The notes under the pieces are model-generated. The model searched no databases and was not told where the DNA came from. It was given only the letters and a program-made list of their open reading frames with translations. Source: Fimbriimonadales bacterium (GTDB taxonomy: Bacteria > Armatimonadota > Fimbriimonadia > Fimbriimonadales > ATM1). Taken from it: a DNA stretch of 64,000 bases. Shown here piece after piece: positions 39,867 through 49,630 of this stretch. Location: positions 1 to 64,000 of the forward strand of contig JAHCHL010000011.1 of NCBI GenBank assembly GCA_026129745.1. The letters are read 5' to 3'. The stretch's first letter is position 1, and every line of letters begins with the position of its first letter. The translations under genes were made by a program, and so were the position numbers.

Positions 39867-41432
39867 ATGCAAGTCAACCTTGCCAGCGCCCTCGGTTCGA
39901 TTGGGTTCTTCGCCCACCCGACCGACGACGCTCAGGTGGCAGCAGGGCTCTCCCTCGAGGTTCAAGAGAAGGTCCAACCGCCGACTCAGGCATCGATTGC
40001 GATCGACGAAGCGATTGCAAGTCTGCTGGAGGAGGATGGATCCGAACTTGGATTGCCACCGATACTACAACCGAATAAAACCGAATCATTCTTCGAGGTC
40101 GAAGGTAAACAGCCGAATGCTGACCTGCACAAGCCGGACGAGGAGTGGAAAGCGGAAAAGGTCTCTCCTGACCTTAGAACGTCCGCTGAGACGATGCGCG
40201 AGCCTCGTCCACCCATTCTTCAGCCATGGCCCATCGTCGCGTCTGCAGACTCGGTCAGTTTGACTTCCATTCCCGATGGATTCGACGCCGACACCTACGA
40301 GGCACAGTCTCCGCCAATCTTGCAACCGAAGCCCAAGCCCTTTCCGCCCATGGCGCTTGGTCCAGACATAGCGTCGAAGACCGTTTCCGCGCCAGCCGGT
40401 GAGGCGTTCGTTGCTTGGCAGGACGGCGACCAGATTGCTTCTATTCCGGCCAAGCCGGCTCCGCCATTGGTCGAGAATCCGTTCGGCCGCAGAGGCGAGT
40501 CGGGCGAGTCAAAGATCGATTCGGCGGACAGGCCACAGGCTGCGCCCAGCGAACGACCAGCTCCCGGACTCACGCAAAGTCCGCCAGCCAAGGTCAAGAT
40601 CCTCGATAGGCTCCAGCGCTTGCTCGACCGCATCGCGCCACAAGCCCGTGCGGCGATCATTGAGCTGCGAGACAAAGCGATTGACGCCGCTAAGAGTGGC
40701 GTGCCGTTCGAAAAAGTCGCAGCAGAGGTCGAAGTCAAAGTCAAGCAGACTGTCGACTCGGTCATTGCAACCGACAAGCACCCGATCACAGGCGTTCCCA
40801 TCAAGTCCGTGAAGGATCGCATCACGTTGAACTCGCAAAGAGTCATCGATGCGATTGCTCGCGTTCTCAAGTCGTCTGGCGTCGACAACGAACTTCGCGT
40901 TCTATTGCCAAAAGACGAATCGATGATTGTCGAGCGAGATGTCGTCACCAACCAGCCAGGCCATGGCATGCGATTGCAGCCAATGCAGAGCAACGTCATG
41001 GATGTGGCGCGAGCGCTGGAATCGCCGAAGGTCGCACAGACCTTGATGACGAGCGTCATCGATCGCATTCAGCAAATGGTCGAAGGCCGAAGGGAACAGT
41101 CGGTTACCATTCGACTTGACCCGCCGGAACTGGGGACGATCGATGTGACAGTCAGGACCGTGAACGGACGCGTCGACACACAGATCGTCGCGTCGAATGG
41201 CGATGTCCGGGCATTCGTCGAAGCGAACCGCGAGATGCTTTCGCAAATGCTGGCGAATCGGGGCCTCGAACTTGGTTCGATGTCAGTCGGAACGCACGGA
41301 AACGGAAGCGGCCAGTCGCATGACGCCCAACAACCGAACGCGCCCATTTGGAAGCCTGATGTCGCGGCAACTGCCGTTTCACTTGGGTTCACATCTTGGA
41401 ACGCGAATGGAGCGCTCGACCTAAGCGCATAG
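39867..41432 (+). CDS. fliK: Flagellar hook-length control protein FliK
   Basis: The C-terminal Flg_hook domain (TIRLDPPELGTIDVTVR..GRVDTQIVASNGDVRAFV) is present. The Pro-rich N-terminal half has three PPILQP repeats. Confidence 0.8.
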   Translation: MQVNLASALGSIGFFAHPTDDAQVAAGLSLEVQEKVQPPTQASIAIDEAIASLLEEDGSELGLPPILQPNKTESFFEVEGKQPNADLHKPDEEWKAEKVSPDLRTSAETMREPRPPILQPWPIVASADSVSLTSIPDGFDADTYEAQSPPILQPKPKPFPPMALGPDIASKTVSAPAGEAFVAWQDGDQIASIPAKPAPPLVENPFGRRGESGESKIDSADRPQAAPSERPAPGLTQSPPAKVKILDRLQRLLDRIAPQARAAIIELRDKAIDAAKSGVPFEKVAAEVEVKVKQTVDSVIATDKHPITGVPIKSVKDRITLNSQRVIDAIARVLKSSGVDNELRVLLPKDESMIVERDVVTNQPGHGMRLQPMQSNVMDVARALESPKVAQTLMTSVIDRIQQMVEGRREQSVTIRLDPPELGTIDVTVRTVNGRVDTQIVASNGDVRAFVEANREMLSQMLANRGLELGSMSVGTHGNGSGQSHDAQQPNAPIWKPDVAATAVSLGFTSWNANGALDLSA

Positions 41433-41819
41433 GTGAACAGCATGGAAATCAACGCTCTACCAACCTATACGCTGCCGAGTCCTCCAGAAAACAGAAACAA
41501 CTACATGGACCAGCAAATGTTCATGCGATTGCTGGTTGCGCAGCTCACGACACAAAACCCGCTCGAGCCGATGAACGAACGCGACTTCTTTGCGCAGCTC
41601 GCGCAGATTGGAACCGTTCAGGGAATCGATCGACTCGGATCTCAGATGCAAATGGCACAAGCTGCCAATTACATTGGAAGAACCGTCGATGTTCGCCCTG
41701 ATGGTGGCCTGCCGCTTCGCGGAGTCGTTGATACAGTCGAAATCGATCGGGGAAAAGTGTACGTGACGATTGAAGGCTACCGATTCCCGATGGACAGCAT
41801 CGTGAGGGTCGTTAGCTAA
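41433..41819 (+). CDS. flgD: Flagellar hook capping/assembly protein FlgD
   Basis: QQMFMRLLVAQLTTQNPLEPMNERDF is the FlgD signature. Confidence 0.8.
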   Translation: MNSMEINALPTYTLPSPPENRNNYMDQQMFMRLLVAQLTTQNPLEPMNERDFFAQLAQIGTVQGIDRLGSQMQMAQAANYIGRTVDVRPDGGLPLRGVVDTVEIDRGKVYVTIEGYRFPMDSIVRVVS

Positions 41820-41836
41820 CTCGAAGGAAACGCATC

Positions 41837-42214
41837 ATGGCAGAACCTATCAACAACCCGCAGATACGTCAACTTGTCGAAAAGCAAGTTCAACGGCCAG
41901 CTTCGCAGCCGCAACGCAATGCGCAAGGCGTGGACTTTGGCCAGCTGCTCGAGAAGGAACTCGGACTCAAAGTATCCGGGCACGCACAGACGCGCCTCAA
42001 GAGCCGGGGGATCGACCTTGCAGATAGCGATTGGACTCGCGTGAAAGACGGAATCGATCGTGCTGCTCAAAAGGGAAGCAAGGAATCGCTCGTGATGCTC
42101 GACGACATCGCTTTGGTTGTCAGCGTGAAAAACCGAACGGTCATAACCGCTGTAGCCAAAGAACAACTGAAAGAGAATGTATTCACAAACATAGACAGCG
42201 CGGTATTCGTGTAA
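41837..42214 (+). CDS. Flagellar operon protein (flg_new / TIGR02530-like)
   Basis: Its position between flgD and flgE and its size (125 aa) match the flg_new family seen in Firmicutes-type fla operons. Confidence 0.5.
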   Translation: MAEPINNPQIRQLVEKQVQRPASQPQRNAQGVDFGQLLEKELGLKVSGHAQTRLKSRGIDLADSDWTRVKDGIDRAAQKGSKESLVMLDDIALVVSVKNRTVITAVAKEQLKENVFTNIDSAVFV

Positions 42215-42296
42215 GGCTGGACCGCGCCCGACGGAACGGGCCGGGGGTCTTCAAACCAATCGAATAGCGCGCAAACAACAACGGAGGAAACAAACC

Positions 42297-43577
42297 ATGT
42301 TGCAAGCGCTGCTTGCTGGCGTCGCCAGCATCAAGGCACAACAGACGAGAATGAACGTCATTGGCAATAACCTTGCCAACGTCAACACGACGGCTTTCAA
42401 ATCCAGCCGCGTTACGTTCCAAGAGATGATCTCGCAGACGATTCGAGGCGCGACGCGCCCCGTGTCAGGCGGCTTGGGCGGCACTAACCCCGTTCAGTAC
42501 GGCCTGGGCGTACTCGTCGGCGGAACTGACACCAACATCGAGCAGGGTTCGCTTCAAGCGACGAATCGCTCAACGGACCTCGCTATCCAAGGCAACGGCC
42601 TTTTCCTCGTCAGCAATGGCGAGCGAATCGCCTATTCGCGCGATGGCGGTTTCGACATCGATGCAAGCGGCAACCTCGTTCAGCGAACGACGGGTGAGCG
42701 GCTGCTTGGTTGGGCCGCGGATGGTCAAGGTCAAATCGACACCAACTCACAGCTTTCGCCTGCGAGCACGATAAACATTCCGCTTGGATCGCTGAACGCG
42801 GTCCAGGTGACGACTCGAGCGAACTTCGCCGGAAACCTATCCGCGAGCGCACTGCCGACAGAGTCGTGGGACACTTCGTTCCGAGTATACGATCAGCTTG
42901 GCGGTGAACACGACATTACGCTGACGCTCCGAGCACACTCCGTTCCTCCGGCAGGAACACCCCCCCCTGGAGCAGTTTCAAGCTGGGAATGGGAAGCGTT
43001 CGAAGGCGCAACTTCAATTGGCGGCAGCGGGTCAACGGGAGCGTTGATCTACTTCGACGCCCAGGGCCGAATGATCGACACGGGTACACCGCAGTCCGTC
43101 ACTGTTCCGGCTGGTTCGAACGGCGCGCCTGCTTTTGATGTCGTTCTTGGCTTCGAGAACATCAGCCAACTTGAAACCGACACACAAGTGCAGATGACCG
43201 AACAGAACGGATTTCCTCCGGGATCGCTCGCATCGTTTGCAGTCGGCATCGACGGTACGATCACCGGCCTGTTTACGAACGGCTTGACTCGCGCGTTGGG
43301 AAGAATCGCAATGGCGATCTTTCCGAACCCGGCCGGACTTGAAAGGCTCGGCAACAACCTTTGGCGCGCGACTGAAAACTCTGGCATTCCGGTTGTTGGC
43401 GCACCGCGAACGAATGGCCGTGGCGCGATCAACGCTGGCTTCCTCGAACAGTCGAACGTCGACCTCGGAAACGAGTTCACTGAGCTGATCGTCACTCAGC
43501 GCGGCTTCCAGGCGAATACGCGCGTGGTCACGACCGTCGACGAAATGCTCCAAGACCTCCTGAACATGAAGCGTTAG
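42297..43577 (+). CDS. flgE: Flagellar hook protein FlgE
   Basis: The N-terminus NNLANVNTTAFK and the C-terminus TQRGFQANTRVVTTVDEMLQDLLNMKR match FlgE. Confidence 0.9.
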   Translation: MLQALLAGVASIKAQQTRMNVIGNNLANVNTTAFKSSRVTFQEMISQTIRGATRPVSGGLGGTNPVQYGLGVLVGGTDTNIEQGSLQATNRSTDLAIQGNGLFLVSNGERIAYSRDGGFDIDASGNLVQRTTGERLLGWAADGQGQIDTNSQLSPASTINIPLGSLNAVQVTTRANFAGNLSASALPTESWDTSFRVYDQLGGEHDITLTLRAHSVPPAGTPPPGAVSSWEWEAFEGATSIGGSGSTGALIYFDAQGRMIDTGTPQSVTVPAGSNGAPAFDVVLGFENISQLETDTQVQMTEQNGFPPGSLASFAVGIDGTITGLFTNGLTRALGRIAMAIFPNPAGLERLGNNLWRATENSGIPVVGAPRTNGRGAINAGFLEQSNVDLGNEFTELIVTQRGFQANTRVVTTVDEMLQDLLNMKR

Positions 43578-43605
43578 GGCCTCTTCCCCCTGATGCCGCT
43601 ACCAC

Positions 43606-43638
43606 GCCGGGCTTCTTCGGAAGCCCGGCACTTTTTTT
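43606..43638 (+). terminator. Rho-independent terminator after flgE
   Basis: GCCGGGCTTC-ttcg-GAAGCCCGGC forms a perfect 10-bp stem, followed by ACTTTTTTT. Confidence 0.8.
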
Positions 43639-43647
43639 CGCCTAAGG

Positions 43648-44292
43648 TTATCGAACTGATCCCACGGGCAATTGTTCGTAGATGAGGTCTTCCGATTCGA
43701 ATGGCTTTAGCAAGTGTAGGAGCGATTCAGGTTGCTGATTGTTTGGATCCAGCCATAAGTCGAGTTCGGTCGTTTCGTCCGGCAAGATGACAGGCATTCG
43801 ATCGTGAATGTGTGTAACGCTGCTTGCGGCATCCGTGGTGATGATCGTGCATGTATGGATCGGATTGCCATCGTCGTCGTGCGCCTCGCTCCACAGTCCC
43901 GCGAAAGGAAAGAGTTCTCCTGATTTGCGCGTGAATGCATAAGGAACCTTTCTCTTCATGCCAGGGACTTCTTGCCATTCGTAGTATGCCGTTGCGGGAA
44001 GGATGCATCGGCGATGCAGAAATGCAGGCTTCCAGATTTTGCTTTCAAGAACGCGGTCCGACCTTGCGTTGGTCATGGGTCCGAGTTTTTTTGTTTCGGA
44101 AACTGTAAGCCACGGCGGCACGAACCCCCACCGCATCTCTTCGATGATCCTATCTTCGCCTGATTGCCGAATGACGGTAACTCGGTCGGTTGGGCGAAAC
44201 TCGCCAACTGCTGAAATGTTTGGCGCCTCAACCCTAAGCTTGGCGAACAGCTTCAGCTGCGTCGACTCTCCAAGCCTGTAGCGGTTGCACAC
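43648..44292 (-). CDS. SOS response-associated peptidase (SRAP/YedK/HMCES family)
   Basis: MCNRY has the catalytic Cys2. The conserved core is present and length is 214 aa. Confidence 0.8.
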   Translation of the reverse strand: MCNRYRLGESTQLKLFAKLRVEAPNISAVGEFRPTDRVTVIRQSGEDRIIEEMRWGFVPPWLTVSETKKLGPMTNARSDRVLESKIWKPAFLHRRCILPATAYYEWQEVPGMKRKVPYAFTRKSGELFPFAGLWSEAHDDDGNPIHTCTIITTDAASSVTHIHDRMPVILPDETTELDLWLDPNNQQPESLLHLLKPFESEDLIYEQLPVGSVR

Positions 44293-44338
44293 CAGGCGAT
44301 CATATCCCCTAAGCTATCGTACGGTATAGTAGACATAC

Positions 44339-45484
44339 GTGCTCTATTTTGGCTTTGTCCGGACCATGGGACTCTATGCAAATGCCTTGGTGGAGTCGGG
44401 GCGGTTTGGCGCGTCTGACGAGGTCGTCTTGTTGGATGGAAAGGCCGTCCTCGACGCCTCCACCCAAGCCCTCGAGCGGGGCATTTCGCTGGGAATGAAG
44501 GAGAAAGAGGCGCGGCTGATCGCCCCTGGAGCCATTTATGTCGAAAGGGTGAAGGAAGAATTCGAACACGCCAGCAATCGCTGGCTTGATATCTGTGCGG
44601 AATTTTCGGATTCCATCGAGCCTGTCGACCAGCATGCAGCCTATGTCGACTTGACTGCTCACCCGGATCCGATCGAAGCCGCGTCGTTGCTGATCGAGAC
44701 AATCGAGTTGCGTTCCGGCCTAAGGTGCTACTGGGGCATAGGTCCGAACAAATGGCTCGCTGCACTCGAAATGCGAACTGAACCATGTTTCGACACGATC
44801 AACTTCGTGCAAGCGCTAAGTGTTAGAAAGCTTCCAGTTCCAATCGATTGCATCTTGTCATTAGAGCGTCTCGGATGTTCTAAGGTGAAGGACGTTGCTC
44901 AGATTGATTGGTCAACACTTAGAAGGCATTTTGGGAGCCTCGGATCGATCATTTACAACGCATCGAGAGGAAAACATTTTCAGCCGATTCTTTCTCTCTA
45001 TCCGAGCGATACAGCTTTTGCTACACTGCGCTTCGATGGAAAAGTCGACAATGGGGAGGTCATGCTCGCTGCGCTGAGGGTTCTTGCAAAGAAGTTAGCG
45101 AAGAAACTTGTCATCCAAGATTCGTTTGGTCGGGAATTGCACCTGACAATCGAAACCGAATCGTTCGGGAAAATAGAGATTCAGAAGAAGTTTTCAAAGC
45201 CACTTGCATGCACGAATTCAGTTCTCGCGGCACTCAACAGCATTGCAAGAGACAACCTTCCTGAAGAAGCGATTATGTTTCGAGCAGCAATCCCAAACCT
45301 AAAAAAGAGGTCTGCGAATCAAATGCAGTTCGAATCGCAGGGTTCGTCCAGGAGGAACAGGTGCCTTGATCTCACGATGAGCCAAGTCAGATCGAAGTTC
45401 GGAGAAGGGTCAATACGATCCGCTTCAGAGTTGCCTGTCCCAAGATACATTCGTTTCCTTCGTGAATGGAAGTATGAGCGTTGA
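44339..45484 (+). CDS. imuB: ImuB-like inactive Y-family DNA polymerase
   Basis: It has the Y-family palm/fingers pattern with the catalytic Asp replaced (MLYFGFVRT instead of D-x-D). It overlaps the start of a dnaE paralogue. Confidence 0.6.
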   Translation: MLYFGFVRTMGLYANALVESGRFGASDEVVLLDGKAVLDASTQALERGISLGMKEKEARLIAPGAIYVERVKEEFEHASNRWLDICAEFSDSIEPVDQHAAYVDLTAHPDPIEAASLLIETIELRSGLRCYWGIGPNKWLAALEMRTEPCFDTINFVQALSVRKLPVPIDCILSLERLGCSKVKDVAQIDWSTLRRHFGSLGSIIYNASRGKHFQPILSLYPSDTAFATLRFDGKVDNGEVMLAALRVLAKKLAKKLVIQDSFGRELHLTIETESFGKIEIQKKFSKPLACTNSVLAALNSIARDNLPEEAIMFRAAIPNLKKRSANQMQFESQGSSRRNRCLDLTMSQVRSKFGEGSIRSASELPVPRYIRFLREWKYER

Positions 45485-48400
45485 AAGATTTACGCTCGAG
45501 AAATGGAGAGAGTCCGGGCGTTGGTGGATTAACGAAAACGGGACCGAGTTCCATACCTTTGTCGATGAAGAAGGTTTGCTTCGCACTCGGAAAACGCCGC
45601 TTCCAGCGATTTCAATGAAGTCGACACAAACTGAATACATAGAAACACAAACGGAGGACTGGGATCTAAGGGTTAGAAAGCAACGCGACATGAAAGTCGC
45701 AAAAGCTTGCGGGTTTCTTGCGGACTTTCCAGAGGCTTCCGCGAACAGAGGCTGTGCTTCGCCCTACGTGGCGTTGCATGTGTTGAGCGGATATGCGTTC
45801 GGAAGCAGCACTCTGCTTGCAGAAGAGATACCGATCCTTGCGGCTGCCTGTGGGCTTCCAGCAGTCGCTGTCGCCGACCCGTTCAGTTTGGCTGGCGCTG
45901 TTGAGTTCTCCGCTGCGGCGAAGAAAGTCGGAATAAAGCCGCTGATTGGCGCAAGCATAGAAATGGCTGAAGGCGGATGCATCGTGCTGATCGCTAAAAG
46001 CCCAATCGGCTATCGCAATCTATCGTGCTTGATCACGCAGTGTCATCTGAACGAACCGAGGCTTTTCCCGTTGTGCACGTGGGATAGATTGCGTCAGTTT
46101 TCCGAGGAGACAATCTGTTTGACTGGCGGAGACGGCGGAATTATTAACCTGCACTTTTTGAGAAAGCGATACACCGACGGTGCGAACGCGCTTCGGCAAC
46201 TTATTGACATATTTGGGCGAGGCAACGTATTTGTCGAGATCGAACGGTGCTATGTTCCGTGGGAGATATCGATCAACCGAAAGCTTATCGAACTCGCGAA
46301 TTCTGAAGGAGTGAGGGCTGTTGCAGGCGGGAAAGTGACCCACGCTCGTCCGGATCATTTTCCCGCACAAGACATTCTGGTTTGTGCGCAATCGCTGTGT
46401 AGCGTCGAGGAGATAGTCGGCAGAAAACCTCACCGTGCACCCGAGCAGCCGAGTTGCGAGCGTATCCCCGAGCGATCGATCAATTGTGAACGATATTTGC
46501 GAACGCCTCAGGAGATGCGAGAGCTATTTCATGACCTGCCGAATCTCCTCGATAACACGCTTGCGATTGCGGATGAATGCGATCCCTCTGTCTTGCCTCC
46601 AAGAACATCGCTTCCACCAATGTTCGCCGATGACCGAAGCGCGTTAAGGGAGGCGGTGTACGCAGGAGCCAATGAGCGATACGTGAGAATCAACAGCAAG
46701 CTGAATGGAAGAATTGAAAGAGAACTCGAACGAATATCTCGCCTTGGATTCGCGACACATTTTCTCGTTGCTTGGGATTTTTGTAACTGGGCGAGAGAAA
46801 GGGGGATTCTTTTTAGCGGCAGAGGATCGGTCGTCGATTCTGTCGTCGCATATTGCTTGGGCCTATCGCGAATCGACGCATATAGCCACAACCTTCACTT
46901 CGATCGATTTCTTCCCGACGATGGCAGCAAACGGCCGGACATCGACATCGATTTCCCAGCAAGGCATAGAAACAGCGTTCGAGAGTACGTGAAAAACAGA
47001 TACGGGGAGGATCATGTTGCGACAGTAGCTGCGATCGGCTCTTATTGCACACGAGGCATCGTAAGAGCCGTTGGAAAAGCGCTCGAATTGCCGGAGCAGC
47101 TAATCGGTTTTCTTTGTGAACGGCTGCATGGAAGCGTCATGCCAGACAAGTTGGAGGATGCTCTGCTTAGGAAACCAGAGCTGCGCGGATGCGAGTTTCT
47201 AAAAGAGCGTCTTCGTTGGGTGTTCCTCCTTGCAGGAAGGCTTATGGATGTGCCGCAAGGGTTTCGTGCCCATTCATCCGGAGTCGTCATTTCGCGCGAA
47301 CCGATCAGTCACACAGTTCCTGTTATGGAGTCGGCGATCGACGGCGTTCGGATCATTCAGTTCGATAAAAGAAGCGCCAAGCATTTCTTCGACAAGTTCG
47401 ACATCCTCTGTCTGCGAGGCCAAGACGTATTAGAGGGAACTCAAAACGCAATTCGCATGACGGATGGCGAGTTCGATGTGCAGCAGATTCCGCTCGACGA
47501 TCCAGAAACTTACAGAGCGATGCGATCAGGGCAGCTGATCGGCATTCCTCAGTCTGCATCGCCAGCGATGCGGCAGGCGCATATCAGGCTGCGTACTGAG
47601 AACCTCGTCGACGCGAGTTTGGTCCAAGCGGGGATCCGGCCGGGTGTCGGCGGAGCGGTGAAGATCAATGAGCTTATCGCCAGAAGAAGAGGAAAGCCGT
47701 ATTCGTTTAGCCATCCCGAGTTAGAGCGGATACTGGGAAAAACGTATGGGATCATCGTCTTTCAAGAGCAGGTAGACCAGCTTCTCCAAACGTTTGCCAA
47801 GTACACATCCGGCGAAGCAGAAGACATTAGAGATTCGATACACAAGAAGCGCAGGGAGAACTTTGCGAAGCAGATCCGTGAAGAGATTGTGGGAAGAATA
47901 ATCGACAACGGATATGGTGCGTCAATTGCGAATGAAGTTTACGATTTGGTCTCAGGATTCCAGGGATATGGATTTGCTGAAGGCCACGCGCTCGCGTTTG
48001 CAGAGATATCCGTGCGATCGATCTACTGTCAGCAGAAGCACACGAGCGAGTATTTTACAGCGCTTCTGAATGCTCAGCCTGCCGGATACTACGAGTCGAG
48101 CACCCTCGTAAACGAAGCGCGCATCAGAGGGGTCGATATTCTCTATCCCGACGTCAACGCAAGCGAAGTCGATTTTGTCGTTGAAGGGATTTGTGCGTCA
48201 GGCGTTTCTATACCGAATGGCGGCATTCGAGTCGGCCTTAAAGCGATCGGCGAACTTTCTGCATCGACTCAACAGAAGATTGTTGAAACAAGAAAAAGTA
48301 TGCCATACCTGTCGATCTTCGATTTTGTGAGGCGTGTGAAACCCAACAGGGAAGAGCTGGCGAATCTCATTCTGTGCGGTGCGCTCGATTCGCTTTATAA

Positions 48401-48980
48401 AAACAGGCGTGCGCTCATGTGGAGTTTGCCGAGCATTGTGGATTATGCAAAGTCGAGCGTTTACGATCATCGATCTCCGCCGCTCCCGTTTCCAGAGGTC
48501 GAACCAGCTATCGAGTTTGTTGGAAGTGACTATTCTCAACTGATGCGAGCTGTCCATGAACGAGCAATACTCGGACTAGACGTCGAGCGTCACCTTTTTC
48601 ATTTCGAGCGCGAGCGGGTTTCGTCTAAGGGTGCGCTATCTGCACACGATGCAAGTATCGCTCCCAATGGTGAAAGGTTTTATGTGGTAGGAATCCCCAT
48701 TCGCTTAAGGTTCCCTCCAACCGAAAGCGGAAGGCGAGTGCTGTTTTTCGACTTAGAAGATGAAACCGGCCTTCTGAACGTGACTTGCTTCGATGACACC
48801 TACCGAAGAGACGGCCACACGATTGTCACAAGCCCATACGTAACCGTTTTCGGAGAAGCGCAAGACAGGGACGGGCATACTGGAGTTCTTGCGATCAGGG
48901 TGTTTCCTTATAGGCCCGTGATCGAGTCCGAATTGCGGGCACAAGCAAAGCTGCCCATCGCGGACTTTCTCGTCAAGTGA
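45462..48980 (+). CDS. dnaE2: Error-prone DNA polymerase DnaE2 (ImuC)-like Pol III alpha paralogue
   Basis: It has a degenerate PHP domain (YVALHVLSGYAF), the GYGFAEGHALAFAEISV polymerase core, and an OB-fold C-terminus. It is coupled to the imuB-like gene. The exact start is uncertain. Confidence 0.75.
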   Translation: MNGSMSVERFTLEKWRESGRWWINENGTEFHTFVDEEGLLRTRKTPLPAISMKSTQTEYIETQTEDWDLRVRKQRDMKVAKACGFLADFPEASANRGCASPYVALHVLSGYAFGSSTLLAEEIPILAAACGLPAVAVADPFSLAGAVEFSAAAKKVGIKPLIGASIEMAEGGCIVLIAKSPIGYRNLSCLITQCHLNEPRLFPLCTWDRLRQFSEETICLTGGDGGIINLHFLRKRYTDGANALRQLIDIFGRGNVFVEIERCYVPWEISINRKLIELANSEGVRAVAGGKVTHARPDHFPAQDILVCAQSLCSVEEIVGRKPHRAPEQPSCERIPERSINCERYLRTPQEMRELFHDLPNLLDNTLAIADECDPSVLPPRTSLPPMFADDRSALREAVYAGANERYVRINSKLNGRIERELERISRLGFATHFLVAWDFCNWARERGILFSGRGSVVDSVVAYCLGLSRIDAYSHNLHFDRFLPDDGSKRPDIDIDFPARHRNSVREYVKNRYGEDHVATVAAIGSYCTRGIVRAVGKALELPEQLIGFLCERLHGSVMPDKLEDALLRKPELRGCEFLKERLRWVFLLAGRLMDVPQGFRAHSSGVVISREPISHTVPVMESAIDGVRIIQFDKRSAKHFFDKFDILCLRGQDVLEGTQNAIRMTDGEFDVQQIPLDDPETYRAMRSGQLIGIPQSASPAMRQAHIRLRTENLVDASLVQAGIRPGVGGAVKINELIARRRGKPYSFSHPELERILGKTYGIIVFQEQVDQLLQTFAKYTSGEAEDIRDSIHKKRRENFAKQIREEIVGRIIDNGYGASIANEVYDLVSGFQGYGFAEGHALAFAEISVRSIYCQQKHTSEYFTALLNAQPAGYYESSTLVNEARIRGVDILYPDVNASEVDFVVEGICASGVSIPNGGIRVGLKAIGELSASTQQKIVETRKSMPYLSIFDFVRRVKPNREELANLILCGALDSLYKNRRALMWSLPSIVDYAKSSVYDHRSPPLPFPEVEPAIEFVGSDYSQLMRAVHERAILGLDVERHLFHFERERVSSKGALSAHDASIAPNGERFYVVGIPIRLRFPPTESGRRVLFFDLEDETGLLNVTCFDDTYRRDGHTIVTSPYVTVFGEAQDRDGHTGVLAIRVFPYRPVIESELRAQAKLPIADFLVK

Positions 48981-48998
48981 TTGGCGGCGAAAAACTCG

Positions 48999-49526
48999 CT
49001 ATCGAGTCTGACGAATCGAAGTGACCTTGTCACCAAGCTCAACTTTTGGGATGACATCCAAGCCACGAACTACCTGCCCGAACGCGACATAGGAACCGTC
49101 GAGGAAACTGTGCGCGCCGTTGCAAATGAAGAACTGGCTATCGCCGCTGTTCTTGTCTTTCTGGTCGCGAGCCAAGCCAACCGTCCCATTCTGAAACGTG
49201 CGCTTGTTCGCTTCGAACGGAAGCTTGTTACCGCTGCCGCCGGTACCGATCTTGGGATCGGTCAATGGCAGCGTTTTGGTCAGAGGGTCGCCGGTCACGA
49301 TAATAAAAGGACGCGGATAGTTCTCGACGCGATGAAACAAGACACCGTTGTAAAAGCCGTTGTTCACAAGCCTAAGGAACTGTTCGACGGTCTTAGGCGC
49401 GTCCTGTGGATACAGTTCGATCACCATTTCGCCTCGATTGGCGATGGTCATCGTCACTTGCGGATTCGCTCCCTGAGCAAATCCCAAGCCCGTGCCAAGA
49501 AGCGCTGCTGCGATAAAAGTCGTCAT
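48999..49526 (-). CDS. Cyclophilin-type peptidyl-prolyl isomerase, exported
   Basis: FHRVENYPRPFIIVTGDP and a signal peptide MTTFIAAALLGTGLGFA are present. Confidence 0.8.
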   Translation of the reverse strand: MTTFIAAALLGTGLGFAQGANPQVTMTIANRGEMVIELYPQDAPKTVEQFLRLVNNGFYNGVLFHRVENYPRPFIIVTGDPLTKTLPLTDPKIGTGGSGNKLPFEANKRTFQNGTVGLARDQKDKNSGDSQFFICNGAHSFLDGSYVAFGQVVRGLDVIPKVELGDKVTSIRQTR

Positions 49527-49630
49527 ATCTCGTTTATCCTTGGGGTTAGACGTTCGACCCGCCAATTTGTACCCCCGAATCGTGCCTGGAATGCCCCCAT
49601 ACGCCATAATCTGCCCAAATCCAGCCCCTC

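Noticed and set aside
44293-44338. Candidate LexA/SOS box between SRAP and imuB
   Set aside because: The repeat is imperfect and does not match a known consensus. It is kept only as a low-confidence remark inside the finding, not as a feature.
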